A stretch of 64,000 bases of DNA from Chara braunii (taxonomy: Eukaryota; Plantae; Charophyceae), in contig BFEA01000030.1 in the NCBI GenBank assembly GCA_003427395.1, positions 632,137-696,136 on the forward strand, in the 5' to 3' direction. The notes below the pieces were generated by a model that saw only the letters and a list, made by a program, of their open reading frames with translations, was not told the origin of the DNA and did not search any database. A program made the position numbers and the translations under genes. Numbering within the stretch: position 1 is the first letter of the stretch; each line of letters opens with the position of its first letter. Positions 50,575-64,000 of this stretch are shown here, piece by piece.

Positions 50575-53500
50575 AAGGCTTAGGTATGCTACGTGGAATA
50601 TTCGAGGACTGGGCGATTCTAGTGGGAGATGCAAAAAGACACATTTACGTATTTGGATTCACAAAAATAATATCCAATTCATCTACCTGCAAGAAACAAA
50701 ATTAAATGAAGAAAAAATGAATGATATACGAGGCTGGTGGGAGGGCCCACACCAGTAGATGGAACGGAGGGTGGAGTAGCGATTCTAATTGACAAAAATG
50801 TAGAATTAGAAGAATTGGATAATTATGAAGATCCAAATGAGAGATTCGCTTGGATTAAAATAGTCGTTAGAAAGGAGGACTGGTCTATTATGACTATATA
50901 TGAACTAGTCCATTACCAAGACAAAATTGATTTTTTTGCAGTTTTGTCTGCATATATGTCAGATTCATATAACTTGATAATAGTCGGTGACTAAAATACA
51001 GTTTTCAACCCTGACCTCAATTCATTTAATGTCAAACCGTAGAGGACAGACTCCTTGATTCTGGCCCAACGGACAAAAGCACACGTTCTATCAGATTTAT
51101 TCAGACTATTTAATCCATAGGTAAATTGTTACACTTGGTTCGGGCCCAAACCTTCGAGAAACACCCCAGCACCCCGAAAGTGTTTAGAATGTTTTTCTGG
51201 TTCGCGGTAGCCTTTGGGACAGGGCTATATGGTGCGAAGTATGGACCGAGATAATGCTTATGGATGTACTGGCTAAAGATATAGTGGAGCGGTACCGTGG
51301 AAAGATACGAAGGTGTGATAAATTGGGTAAACTGCGAAATGCAATTTTGGCAGGGCGCAAAAGGCATGTTTGATAATATAGATGACTGGGCAGAAACGAG
51401 AATAACAATAGTTCATCCAACACTCAAGTAATTTTCACGTATGAAAACAGCAGACCGGTCGGGGAAAGAAAATTCATTAATCAAAGTTATAAAAAAAAAC
51501 AGAATAAAAAATGGGATCAGATCCTTTCGCAAACTTATTTTTGTCTGATAAAAGAAGTGAACTCCTTTCCCAATTGGAACAACTGGAGATTCAAATCGAG
51601 TGTGAATGGTGGAAAAATTTGAGAATTAGGGGAATCGTAGGATATGACAGGATGGCGAAATTGACTTTTAGATGATTAATTTAGCGGCAGTCTTAACGAC
51701 TAATCAGAGAACTCATTCACCATTTGTCATAAATGCACCAGTTGCTACATACACCATAAATCTATGTTCCTATGCATTGGAATATTACAGGGATATTGTA
51801 TCCACAAGACACCCAGTTGACCCTCCAAACCTATATTTATCCGAGTTTTCAGACTTTTGGGTCCCTTTGAAAAAAAAGATCTTAGTGTCAACCAAGGAAG
51901 AGATAGATACGCCTATAACACAAAAGGAAATTGAGCAAGCAGCGAAACAGATGGCGAAAGGTAAGTGTCCAGGCTTAGACGGACCTCCAATTGAATTATA
52001 TATGTCTTGTTGGACTGGTTTTACTCCCTTCTTATTCAAAATCTATAATAGGGCATTGGAGACGGGATCTCTCCTGCCAAAGTTCACAAAAGATATGATC
52101 ACGCTCCTCTATAAGAAGGGTGATAAGAGATAAGTATATACTTGAAAACCAATTTCCCTGTTAAACATGATTTATAAATTATTGGCGAAAACGATGACTA
52201 ATCGCTTGGCGAAATTATTACATGAGTTGATTGGGTGGGAACAAGAGACCTTTGTAAAATGAGGGTTTATTTTTGAAAATATAATGACAATTCTACAAGC
52301 CTTAAAGATTATAGGGAAAGAGAAGAGAGACATAGCAATACTCCTACTGGATAAGAAAAAAACATATGATAAGGTAGGATGAAGCTTTGTTTATACATCT
52401 CTTAAAGAAATGGATTTTGGAAACGCTTTCGGTAAAGTGGTGCAAGCAAGCTACCACCAAGCGCAGTCAGTAGTAACGGTGAATGGTAGAGTCTCTGAGG
52501 AATTCTCTCTCACAAGATCACTATGATAGGGTTGTCCGTTAGCTCCCCTCTTGTTTGTCATTCAGCCTGAGGTTTTACTTGAAAATATTAGAACAAATAA
52601 TTTAATAACAGGTCTTAAGGTATCTCCACACACACAGTGGAAAGGCGGCGCTATAGCGAATGACTTAACAATAGCATGTGAAAACACACCGGTAACACTA
52701 ACTGAACTTAGATGAGTCTTAGACAAGTATTATGAGCTATCAGAGGCTTCAATAAACTGGGATAAATCGGTATTTTTTCTCTCCTCCCCCCGAAGGTGTT
52801 ATGTGTTGATTGGGGCCTGAAACAAATACTAGCTAACTCGGCAGATCGTTTCTGGGGTTTGCAAGTATCTTTATCAAATTGTGCGGATATGGAGGATTCA
52901 ATTTTGGTTGAAAAAGTGAACTCGAAGGATTGCAGGTTGGATCAGGAATGACAAACTCTCTCTATATGGAAGAGTCTTGGTCATGTCTTTAACAACCCTT
53001 TACCTCCTGTGTTCCCACTTTCGATACATTTACTGGGGGAAGACGCCTATGCAAGTATAAAAATAACGGCGACACGTTACCTGTAAAAACCTTCGGCAAC
53101 AAAACATTAAGGATATATGGTGAAAGCGGTCAGGGAGGTAATCGCCGCCCCGAGAGATTAGGGAGTCTTAGGAATTTTTGACTCGATAAAACAGAACCTG
53201 AGACTGTTTAGTAAGTGGGTTATTTCTGCAGTCTTTGGGAACACGAACAAACTGTGGGTATATTTGGGAGAACGCATCTGGTGAAGGAATGGGGTCTTTC
53301 AAATCCCGCACATGTATGGGCCTATATGTTCATCCCCTCATTTGCGAGGAAAAAAACCAAGTCAAACGTGTGGAGAAACATACTATTTGAGTGGAATATA
53401 GTTCAACACCTAATAAAGAAACCCCCTCTACCAAGCACGAAGTGCTAAATCAGATCCTGTTTGAAAATGAACTCTTAAAATAAGAGGATGGTTCAGTCTT

Positions 53501-54922
53501 TCTAGTAGATGGGAGCAAGGGCTCCTTTGGGAGGTTTTGGGCTGACAAAGGGGTGTTACAAGTCAAAGATATGCAACAGAAAAATTCCCACAAGAAATTA
53601 AAGTAAAAAAATATATTTTATTAAAAAGTAATCCTTCATATTTAAAAATTATCATTCCAACGTTCGTCAAATTTTAAAATTTTCAGTTTCATTTAATAAG
53701 TCCCCGTCTAAAAATGAGCTTTCCCTTCCAACTATATCTATTTGTTGAAGATAAAATGAAAGTCCGGGCGAGTTTATGAAATGTCTTTGTTAAATTTTAA
53801 TTGTACTACAGCAAATACCTTCTAATTTAAATTCAATTAGCCTATTTATGATTGAAAATCCTTATATAGAATGAAAGTGTAATTAAAATATTTCATGAAG
53901 TCATTCAAGCTTTCACTCCATCTTTAGCATGCAGTCTAAATAAAAAGGAATACCCCATCCCTTGAAGGGAAATTTTTAAGTAAGGCAGAAATTTTTAAAA
54001 GTGAAATGGCATTTTTAAGATGGAATGAAAATTTGAAACTTATAATGTAATTTTACTATAGAATGATGATTTAATTCTTGGAATTTTTTTGGTTGTACGT
54101 GGGATACTCATAGTACAGAGTGGTAAGGTCTGCAGGTCATGCGGCGAAAACTGTCACATTCGCAGCAACTCCTAGAAAATATTAACAAACTACAGCAGTC
54201 AGTACCTGATTATTGGTTAAGCCTCCTGCGCAATACTGGGGGAAACCCCCCATATACCTGATGGGGAGACCCAGATAATGCTCAAGGTATCTTGAAGATT
54301 TTAGGCCCGGAACTGAACCAAGGAGTAAAGGTGGAACTCTGGAGAGAACAACGAGGGAAAAACACATATACGAAGTTGAATCACGGTGGGGAGAAGGTGA
54401 TACAGACCATAAAAGACGTGAAGGAAGTGCGGGTTTCGCAGTCGAGTGTTGAATTTTCCAAAGCTATATTGATTACTCATACCCCGGGACGACTTCAGGT
54501 TGAACCACTACTTAGTAAGTGCCTGGATGTGGAAACAACATGAGTTTACTCCCCAACACCTTTTTACAAAACAAAGTTCGGAGTACGGATCCTGCAGACA
54601 TCAAGGAAAACTCAGGTGCTGGTAGTGGCAGGGTAAAGGATGCGGAAAGAACAGGGTTTCCAACTAGGAAATACGAATCTACCAAACTTACAGAAAACCC
54701 TAAAGAACTATCCCTTCCCGAAAACAAGCAAGCATTATGTGGAGCCAATTAATATTAATAATTGTAACTGCTACCTAGCTATCCTCCAAGGGGATGGAGG
54801 TGGAAGAGAAATGCTCAAGGTGCAACTGGGGCTGGGAGACAAGCAATCATCTGTGGCTATATTGCCCCCTAACGAGCCAACTGTGAAACTGGTGGATTAA
54901 AAATTGAATGAATTTTATATTT
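50575..54922 (+). pseudogene. L1-clade LINE ORF2 (APE endonuclease plus reverse transcriptase), degenerate
   Basis: ATWNIRGL, YLQETKL, GGVAILI, LIIVGD; GKCPGLDGPPIELY, ITLLYKKGD, KPISLLNMIYKLLAK, GCPLAPLLF, AIANDL; many stops and frameshifts. Confidence 0.93.
53572..54097. mobile_element. AT-rich MITE inserted in LINE ORF2
   Basis: Imperfect TIRs tgcaacagaaaaattcccacaagaaattaaa / tttaattcttggaatttttttggttgta. Confidence 0.6.
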
Positions 54923-57619
54923 TGTCGGGCCCGTTTCAGAGTGAGCCTCAACTCTTGCATGCTCCGAGGATGTCGACAAGTTGCAGCGCCCCGGTAACAT
55001 GGCTTCCTCGAGCCTGTACCCGGGCCTGTTTGGGCCCCCGAAGGGTTTTTAGCGAAGGGGGTCTTTTTGTTGGGTGTCGGGCCTTTTGCAGCGCCCTGGT
55101 ACCGAGGCATATGCCGAACCTAGGTCCAACGTGTCGTGGCCCTTGTGGTCCCCACACAAAAGGGTACCAGGCCTTGTCGAATTCCGTAAGGCTCGGCCTT
55201 CGGAATTAATAAGCTCGCGGCCCACGGTCCCTTTCTCAGTCTTAGGCTCGGAGGTTTCCCTTCGGCCTTACTTAGGGCCCGAGTGTCAAGGCCCCAAGGG
55301 CGCCCGAGCAATGATATCCTTTTACACCGATCCTCCAATGTACCATTGGTGTAGTCTGTCACTTAGTTCGCCTGGGGCTCGCCTTAAGAACTCAGCACCT
55401 TCTCTGTTTGGCCCATCGCCCGGAACTTAATGTTAGTCAGGCGTCTGTGTTTCTTATCCGTTACCCGGTGCCTCTGACTTTCCTTTGGTGTTGCCTTACC
55501 TATGTATCCTAACCACGATAAGTCTCCATAGTGTTCATAGAAGGATGCTCTTCCTGAGCCTCATGATCCGCCTTTTTCTTGAGGTATTGGTTCTGACTCC
55601 TGTGACGTGGATCTGGTATCATAGTCTTTCGATGTCAGTCGTAGTCCCACCCGGTAGAACAGGTCGATCCGGTATCCGTCAGATGCATCCATCAAGGAAG
55701 TAAAGGGCGGCGTAAGGTCAGAGCCCCCTGACAACGTGGTTGTGCACAGAGGACGTGGTTGTCTGTGCTGCCCACCAAACTGTGATAGACTGTCTGTCAC
55801 ACAGACTGTGACAGACGGTCTGTCACACAGATTGTCAGTGTGAATGCAGCAAGTGTGTGTGTGTGTGTGTGTGTCAAACAGTCTGTCACAGTCTATCACA
55901 ATCTGTTGGGCAGCGCACAAACTGTGACAGAGTCTGTCCGCTAGGGCCACACAGACTCTATCACAGTTTGTGTGGGCTGCCTACCAGACTGTGACAGACT
56001 GTCGGTTACACAGACTGGTGGGGGCCAACTCACACAGAGTCCGTCGCAATTTGTGTGACATATTGTCTGTCATAGTCTGTGTCACCGACAGTCTGACAAA
56101 GTCTGGTGGACAGCACACAGACTGTGACAGAGTCTGTCTAGTACGGGCACACAAACTCTGTCACACTCTATGTGTGCTGCCCACCAGACTGTGGCAGACT
56201 GTCTGTCACAAAGACTGTGACAGACAGTCTGTCACACAGACTGTCTATGTGAATGTACCAAGTGTGTGTGTGTGTCAAACAGTCTGTCACAATCTATCAC
56301 AATCTGTTGGGCAGCGCACAGACTGTGACAGAGTCTGTCCGCTAGGGTTACACAGACTCTGTCACAATCTGTGTTTGCTGCCCATCAGATTGTGACAGAC
56401 TGTCGGTCACACAGACTGGTGGGGGCCAGCTCACACAGAGTCCATCGCAGTCTGTGTGACATACTGTTTGTCACAGTCTGTATCACCGACAATCTGTCAC
56501 AGTCTGGTGGGCAGCACACAGACTGTGACAGAGTCTGTCCGGTACGGACACACAAACTCTGTCACACTCTGTGTGTGCTGCCCACTAGACTGTGACAGAC
56601 TATCGGTCACACAGACTGTGACAAACAATATGTCCCACATACTGCGACAGACTCTATGTGAGTTGGCCCCCACCGTTCTGTGTGCTGCAATGTCTGCTGG
56701 GCACAGTCTATGTGTGCTGCCCAACAGACTGTCTGTCACAGTCTTATGTGCTGCCCTACAAACTGACGGTGACATACTGTGAAAGACAATCTGTCACATA
56801 CAGGTCAGTCTGTTGGGCAACACATACAGACTGTTACAGACAGTCTGTGTGTGTTGCGTAGGGAAACGGGGCGGATCTGGTGGGGGGAACTACCATTGCA
56901 GAACAGAGAACCCCCCACCCCCACCACATCAACTGTGGATCTGACGACACCGGGGGGGTCAGGGACACCACCTATGCTTCCCCGACCCTTATATATATAA
57001 AAAATAATTAAAAAAAATACGTCCGCGTTCGCTAATTTCTGGAGCCTGTTCGCGTTCGGGCGAAAGTGTTCGCGTTCGCTGGTGAATGCGAACGGGGTGC
57101 TACACATGCATTTTTTTACTAATGTGTCAAAACGTTTGAAAAAAGGACTAGACATATATGCACGTCTAAGTCGGTAACATTACTTTGTTGTGTGGCGCGT
57201 GGTTAGGTTAGGATGTCCTAGTCGACAGATGTAGAATCGCACATGGGAGATCAGCGCCTCACACGACGATTCGCCTGCAGGTCCGATCCAGGCGTGGACC
57301 GCGTATACCCCCTATGCTACAACGTACGTGAAATGCCCTCGGCCGGTCGACCTTCGTGATTGCACGTAAAAGCTTTTGTGTGTGGCGCAGTTGCTCGGCG
57401 GGGATACGCCCACCCAAGAGATGGTGACAACTCCAACGGGTGGAGGTAAGTTGTACCTCGGAAAACCCTATCATGTCCTAGGGGCTCGATGGAGGTATAG
57501 CTGGCGCACTCGGTCGGAGCGGCTCCACTCCTTCCCTTTACGTGACGAGACTCGCGAATCTGTCAGTCCTGCGTGACGTGGTCATGAAGGTCCCCTCTGG
57601 AGGGACCGTGCGCACGACA
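54923..57619. mobile_element. Short or chimeric copy C of the TGTC...GACA family, reversed
   Basis: tgtcgggc...cgcacgaca ends; near-TSD attt/attg; 57190-57619 is the reverse complement of the family block at 36815-37240. Confidence 0.6.
55760..56855. repeat. Complex satellite of cacagactgtgacagactgtctgt motifs in both orientations, with a ~420-bp higher-order duplication
   Basis: Direct inspection. Confidence 0.85.
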
Positions 57620-57623
57620 ATTG

Positions 57624-58450
57624 TTTTTAGACCCAGCCATCCAAGGTAAGATCAAACTTTTGATCCGCACGATGATGACATAGTCATAATGAAATTGATA
57701 ACACCTAATATTGAGGAAAAGCTAAATCCACAGTTCCTCCAAAATGACTGGTTATATCGCTTAAAGGCGTGTAGACCGTCCACCCGGTACCAATACCTAC
57801 TTCCACTAAGTATAATTTATAAGAAGTAACAATGGTGGTTGTAATAACAAAAAATTGATATTGTTAAACCGTGGAAAAACCATATCAGGCGTTCCAATAA
57901 AAAAATGAACAAACCAGTTTTCAAAATCACCCATAAGACCTAGTGGCAGATTGGTATAGAAAGACAGATGTAGGTCGGTCGCAAAACAGAAGTTGGTGAC
58001 TCTTTTTCATTAGGGCGAGAAACTACCCACTTGCTGCTCATTGTAGAAGGGAAGTTAGTATCGTCTCCATAGTTCAGGGGTTGAACTTTGTTGCATCAAT
58101 CTGACCTCTCCGTTGCGATAAGGTTCGCAGAAAGGTTGGAATGTATCCAGACTTGAATCTTAGGACTAAGGCAGTAGGTAGTAGAATTTGAGCCTTGACT
58201 CGAGGAATTGCTTTACGCCTTAGCTCACTTTAGATAGGTATAATGATAGTTTAAAATGAATAAAACTTTATTGGATGTCGGGGGTAGGGAGACCCATAGC
58301 TCTTAGGTTCCTAATTGGAAAAGTTCTATTACATTGGTTGGTAATGCGAGTGACAAACTCCATTATAATAAGCGAAGTCGGGTAACGCTCCCAGTCATGA
58401 CCTCTATGGGAGGTTGATCAATTTGTTTTTATGAATGAGTAATTAGTATC
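57624..58450 (+). pseudogene. Possible 3' continuation of the LINE
   Basis: A mostly open frame resumes after removal of 54923-57619; no diagnostic motif recognised. Confidence 0.35.
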
Positions 58451-59165
58451 AATGCCTTTCGTTTTTTTTTTAAAACCACCGCTACCCCCCGAGTTGGAAA
58501 TTACGGTCGACCGGTAGGTGGTGTGGCGCCGTCCTACCGGTAGGTGAGGCAACTACCGGACATAGTTTAGAGGCCCAAGTCCTGACCACTGGACCCACGC
58601 TTAGAGGCGGTTGTAAATAGCAGCCACTGGCGGGCCTTGGTGGGGGGTACTATGCATTTTCTGATATCCGCCATCGTCGGGGCCGTTGCCTTTCATTCAC
58701 GTGCCGTTTTAAATTTTGTTTTTTTTTTTCCCTTTTTGCAGGCCGTAACATGATTTCTGGTTGTTCCAAAGTCTGCGAGCTTACAAAAAAAAAATATGCG
58801 CCTCGCCACCCCGCTCTCGCAAAAAAAAAATGAAGGTATGCATCTGTCCATGTTCTTGGGGAAGTTCATTCTCATTTTGCACGTCGATGACCAATTGTGG
58901 TACGTGTATCGGACCATGTTCTTGCGGGAAGTTCATTCATATTATGCACATGTGGAGAGTTGTGTGGCGATGAGCAATGGGCATGTGGGCATCGCCTCAC
59001 CACTGTTGACATGTGCAAAATGAGAAAGAACTTTCCGATATAACATGGCCAGATGCACCCGCCATATTTCGAGAATGTGACCCCCTGCCATTTTCCCGTG
59101 ATTGAAGTTATCCACGGTGGCGAATGACGTGGACAGACAAAGTTACGAGCCGAAGGAAGGAGGGA

Positions 59166-59253
<88 letters not shown>

Positions 59254-59891
59254 NNNNNNNNNNNNNNNNNNNNNNNNNNNNNNNNNNNNNNNNNNNNNNN
59301 NNNNNNNNNNNNNNNNNNNNNNNNNNNNNNNNNNNNNNNNNNNNNNNNNNNNNNNNNNNNNNNNNNNNNNNNNNNNNNNNNNNNNNNNNNNNNNNNNNNN
59401 NNNNNNNNNNNNNNNNNNNNNNNNNNNNNNNNNNNNNNNNNNNNNNNNNNNNNNNNNNNNNNNNNNNNNNNNNNNNNNNNNNNNNNNNNNNNNNNNNNNN
59501 NNNNNNNNNNNNNNNNNNNNNNNNNNNNNNNNNNNNNNNNNNNNNNNNNNNNNNNNNNNNNNNNNNNNNNNNNNNNNNNNNNNNNNNNNNNNNNNNNNNN
59601 NNNNNNNNNNNNNNNNNNNNNNNNNNNNNNNNNNNNNNNNNNNNNNNNNNNNNNNNNNNNNNNNNNNNNNNNNNNNNNNNNNNNNNNNNNNNNNNNNNNN
59701 NNNNNNNNNNNNNNNNNNNNNNNNNNNNNNNNNNNNNNNNNNNNNNNNNNNNNNNNNNNNNNNNNNNNNNNNNNNNNNNNNNNNNNNNNNNNNNNNNNNN
59801 NNNNNNNNNNNNNNNNNNNNNNNNNNNNNNNACACACATATACACACACACACACACACACGCACACACACACACACACACATGGGTGCGC

Positions 59892-62800
59892 TGTCGGTGC
59901 GAATACCCTTACAAGGGTATTCGCCCTGGTTTTTGCAAGCGACAGAAAATAAGTTTGGTATAAAATTTAAATATACCGCGCTAGGCGCGGCTGCGGCTAT
60001 GATTCACATTGACTGGATGGTTGACTAGAATAAAGAGTGTGTGTGTGCGCGGATTTTTGAGGCGCGCGTGATCGTTTATTTGTTGATGATTGAAGGGTCG
60101 GCGGGATCGCCGGCTATAAATTTTTCATTTTTAATTTCTGATTAAGTTAGGATAAAAAGATTATGTCTCGCTGATTGATGTGCCTGCCTGTGATCTATGC
60201 GTATGTGCGGAGGATGGCATCGACAACAATGTGACTTCTGAAAGCGTTTCGGTAGATCGGCGCGTCGCGTTGTGTCCATTTATTTAGGCCTTCGTCAGAA
60301 CCAAACCCAGACTTGGGTCTAGCATTAGTGGTTAGGGCGCCCGACTTTCGTCGAGGGGATTCAGGGAACAAGGTCGAGCGGCGACAACATGGGGATCATA
60401 GTGGTGCGGATGGAACGAGCGGTTGGGGGCCGGGCGGGGCTACTCCCTTTGGGTTTGCCGTAGCGTCAGAACGGCACCAGTGGTTTCCTTTTTCCTATTC
60501 AAAGGTATTTTATTATTATGGTAGTTTTATAATTTTCATGCTCCGGCGTCCTTTTGATTTGGACGTGACGCCGAATTTGAAGGTTGTCGCGACAGTCGAA
60601 GGCCTTGAGTATGCGCCTCTTTTTCGCGGGCCCATCCGGGTCCCCGCGTGTTCGAGATGCTGGCGAAATTCCCTTATCTCGCCCTACCTTAGAAATACGG
60701 GCCGACGAGTTCGACGTGCATGCTAACCGATGGGGGATTAAGCCGGCGTGGTGGAAGAAAACCTGTGGAGTAGGCCATCTGTGGCCGCCTAGGTTATGGC
60801 CCACAGCCTGCTGTGAGGGGTTGAGTGTGGGTATGTCGTCAGGGCCCGTAAGATGGTGGGTCGAGCCCCGACGCGATGGCTTGAAAGCGGTCCAGGGCGT
60901 TATTGGAAGACCTCAGCGGAGCCGCGACAAGTTCCGGATCGTGAGGAACTCCTTCCCACCTCAGTCTTCAAAGTTCTCATAAGGATATTTGCTACTACCA
61001 CTAAGATCTACACCGCGGCCTATGTCGCCAAGGCTCACGCTGCAGGCTGTAGTAGGGTCGCGCCCCCGACTCCGTGACTGATTGCCTGTATATGGGCGGC
61101 CGTTGGGGCTCGGAAAGGGAGGGAGCCTAGAGGAGGCGCACAGTTGCACATATGGGCATATCCTTCCGACGGGATAGGGAGAAGGAAGGGCAGGAGGCTT
61201 GCTAGAATGTCTGATATTCCCCTCGAAGTCCCGCAGATTGACCGGAGTGTCTGCTGCTACGCGACGGGAAATGAGTAGTCGGAAGTGAGGGGAAGCCGGA
61301 ACGAGAAAAGTGAGGTTGCGGGCGCAGAAAAGGAAATAATGGGTTGGACGTCGTCTGTGCATACTGCGGTAGCGAGGCGACGGGCGCTAACGTAGTGAGG
61401 CAGGGCAGCGAAGGGGGTGGATGAATCCGGGCGGGGAAGTGCGTCGGATGCATGCAGAGCAAGGAGAAGCGAGCGGCCGGAGCAAAGTGCGAACGCAGCG
61501 AAGTGGGAATGAACTTAGACAAGAAGGTGCGCAGGGTGCATGCGGCGCGAGGGAGCGAAGATGGCAGTGAGTGAGCCAGGTGCAGGCGGAGAGAGAGGGG
61601 GGTCGACGGACAGACCACAGTGGGGCGCTGTCGGGACGATGGGTGAGGAAAAGGCAGTGAAGAAAGGGAAATGAACCTGGACGAGGGGGCGGTGCCGGAT
61701 GCGTGCAAACGAAGTTGGAGATGACGAGGAGGCTGGTGAGGTGCAGTGGGAGAGGGACAACACACAAGAATCTGAACAGGATTAGGCAGGGAGAGAGTCA
61801 ATTCCCGGGGTTATGACCCCGGGCGAATACGAAAGTGAGGTTAATTTTGGAAGAGCATTAGTGTAGAAGGAGATAGCGAGGAAAAAGACCGCGCCGAGCT
61901 ATGGTGGAGGGAGAAGAGGATGGGGAGCAAGATTGAATAAATCGATCATTCCTTGACCGATTTTTGCGAGTTAAGAAGCTAAATAGGGTTTTTTGGCCAT
62001 GGCGACCCCAAATATGCGGTTAGATTTGGAGTTAGATGTGTAGAAATAAAGTTAGTAAAGAAAAAGTTTGCGTGAGAAATATTGGGAACACGACTATGGC
62101 CAGAGCAGGAGATCGCTCGAGCTCGCCCGCTTCTTGGTGAAAACGGGCCAGTAGAGACCCATCTCTGGAGTGTCCGAGTATTGCGAACCGATTGGCACGG
62201 ACGGATTTAGGATTTAATGGGTAGGTTAGGCGGTATGGTAGCTCTGAATCTCGCCCAGGGAAGTAGTAGTTGTTGTCTAATACGGAGTGAATCTGGCCGC
62301 ACTTACGAATATATTCATTCGTTTTTGTACATCCCGATGGAGAAAGTAGCATGAGGCTAAAACCACGTGGGTGGAGACTTACCTGTTACTCGGCGCGGTA
62401 CGTACACGATTGAATATGCAAGGTGGGGGTGAACCGGACATTCGAGCTACAACATAGGGCTGCGCATTAACATGACTGTTGTGTGAAGCCAAGTTCGTAT
62501 GATGAAGGGGGAGTAAGCAAAGGCATAGCGATCGAGGATCGCACATACAGGTAGAGAGAGCGGGAGGGAGGAGGAGAGACGGTGTTGAGTCACCGATCTA
62601 CGTGAAGTGGGGGAACGGATACGTACCGGGTGAATGCAGACAGTCGACATTGATGACAATACTACGTGTGTTGGCTTTCAGTTGCGGCGCCTGCGGTAGG
62701 ATCTGGCCGCAGGGACGTAAGTAAGCTAGTTAGACTGAGTGGTATAGGCCGGGCGTTGAGCGCCAGACAGTAGGAGGGTAACGACGTAGCTTGAGGACTT

Positions 62801-64000
62801 ACCTGTTAGCCGGAGAGGTCAAGCTGTGTACCAGACTGCGTGGGAAGGTGGTATAGGAATGCTATAACATGCTAAGCTCACTTGACAAAGAACCTGCGTA
62901 CTCAGCGTCTGCATACTTGTTGATCTTGGCCTGTGAGGCGAACACTGTAGTTGGTGCGGTGACTGCGGACTGTGTTTTCGGTGTGTGTGGGTGAGCAGCT
63001 CACGAAAGACAAAGTTGCGGCATACAGCTGGTTGCTGCTGGCTGGGCACAGACTGCTGCGGTTGACTATGCGCAGCCTACTGCTGCGGGCTGGGCACAGA
63101 CTGCTGCGGTTGACTATGCGCAGACTGCTGCTGCGGACTGAGCACGGACTGCTTCTGTTGACTGTGTGTGAGCTATTGCTAACTGCTGAGGTATTGCTAT
63201 CGCCTACTGTTGGCTGTTGCATATTGCTACATGTCACAGTCGGCCGTTGCCAACTATTACAGTCTGCCATACAACAGCGATTGGGTATAAGGAGAGGTGT
63301 CGAGACTAAGGGGAGAGATCAAGCTTGTGAAAGGGGATTACCGTTGCAACTTGACGTTTTGTCAGAGTGCCGGTTATCAACAACTTGACTCCAGTTTGAC
63401 CAAGTTGTTACATTGGCTACCATTGCGGGGCCCTCAGGCGAGCAAAGGCAACGAGGCCCTCTCCTGAGAGTTGAGTTGTCCCCCCGTTGTATCTCGAGAG
63501 TCTGAAACCTCTACTTCTACCCTTCTTACTCTAAGTCTAATCTGGTTTTGAGAGGAAGGCGGCAGGCGGGATTGCAACCCGTAGGACCGCAGCAAGGCCT
63601 ACGTGGGAGGTTACCCCACCGATTGCAGGAGCCCTGCCGGAACTCAAGAGGAGTTTTGGAGTCAGGGAACTGAGAGGTAATCTTCCATCTCCCTCTATAA
63701 ACCCTAGTTATAACCCATATTTGTACTACCCATTGCATGTTCTGACCGAGTATATGGTGTGTACCCCTACTTGTTGTTTGACTGTCAGGACATGAGTCAG
63801 ACTAAATAAAGGAACGCCTGTGCAATCTCAGTTTCAGTTTTGTTGGTTGTATGAAGGCATATTGAGAAAAAAAAGGGATTGCATCTGGGGGAAGGTTGGA
63901 AGGAAGGCAGTATTGTTTTGAAGTTTAGCTGGGTCATTCAGGTTGGGAGATACCCATAAGTTTGGGGAGACCCAGTGCTATGGTTTATTTTGGAGTGTGT
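59892..64000. mobile_element. Copy D of the TGTC...GACA family, reversed, running out of the window
   Basis: Starts tgtcggtgcgaatacccttacaagggtattcgc; LSU fragments at ~60690-61075; 63400-63710 matches the reverse complement of ~36105-36700; 62000-62150 matches 42070-42235. Confidence 0.85.
60690..61075. pseudogene. Two head-to-head LSU rRNA-derived fragments
   Basis: Sense gaaatacgggccgacgagttcgacgtgcatgc...gggcccgtaagatggtg, then antisense cttcaaagttctcataaggatatttgctactaccactaagatctacacc. Confidence 0.8.

Noticed and set aside
54923-55733. Independent solo LTR (tgtc...tgaca)
   Set aside because: No TSD at these ends; the near-TSD and LINE continuity fit 54923-57619 better, though it may be a subcomponent

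Overview
Eukaryotic, repeat-rich draft assembly window with several N gaps. Intron sizes, microsatellites and repeat style suggest a charophyte alga such as Chara braunii (inference). Bases ~130-20700 hold the 5' part of a minus-strand chloroplast signal-peptide peptidase gene (SPPA): five firm exons and one candidate first exon, with one expected segment missing, probably in a gap. Its introns carry a Gypsy/chromovirus LTR element (TSD GCTAC), an internally deleted PIF/Harbinger transposon, tRNA-like SINE heads and a type III hammerhead ribozyme motif with an A9G core change. From ~25.6 to ~58.4 kb lies a degenerate L1-clade LINE split by four nested insertions; removing two of them with one TSD copy restores the ORF1 frame exactly. 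The most unusual content is a family of large, apparently non-coding elements (four copies, one nested in another). They have TGTC...(G/A)ACA ends, 4-bp TSDs, a near-invariant 26-bp subterminal palindrome, scrambled LSU (25S/28S) rRNA-derived fragments in both orientations, and arrays of hairpins with conserved loops and covarying stems, one capped by cUUCGg. Most ORFs in the supplied track are spurious (microsatellites, gaps, satellites). All homology calls are from recalled family sequences, not database searches.
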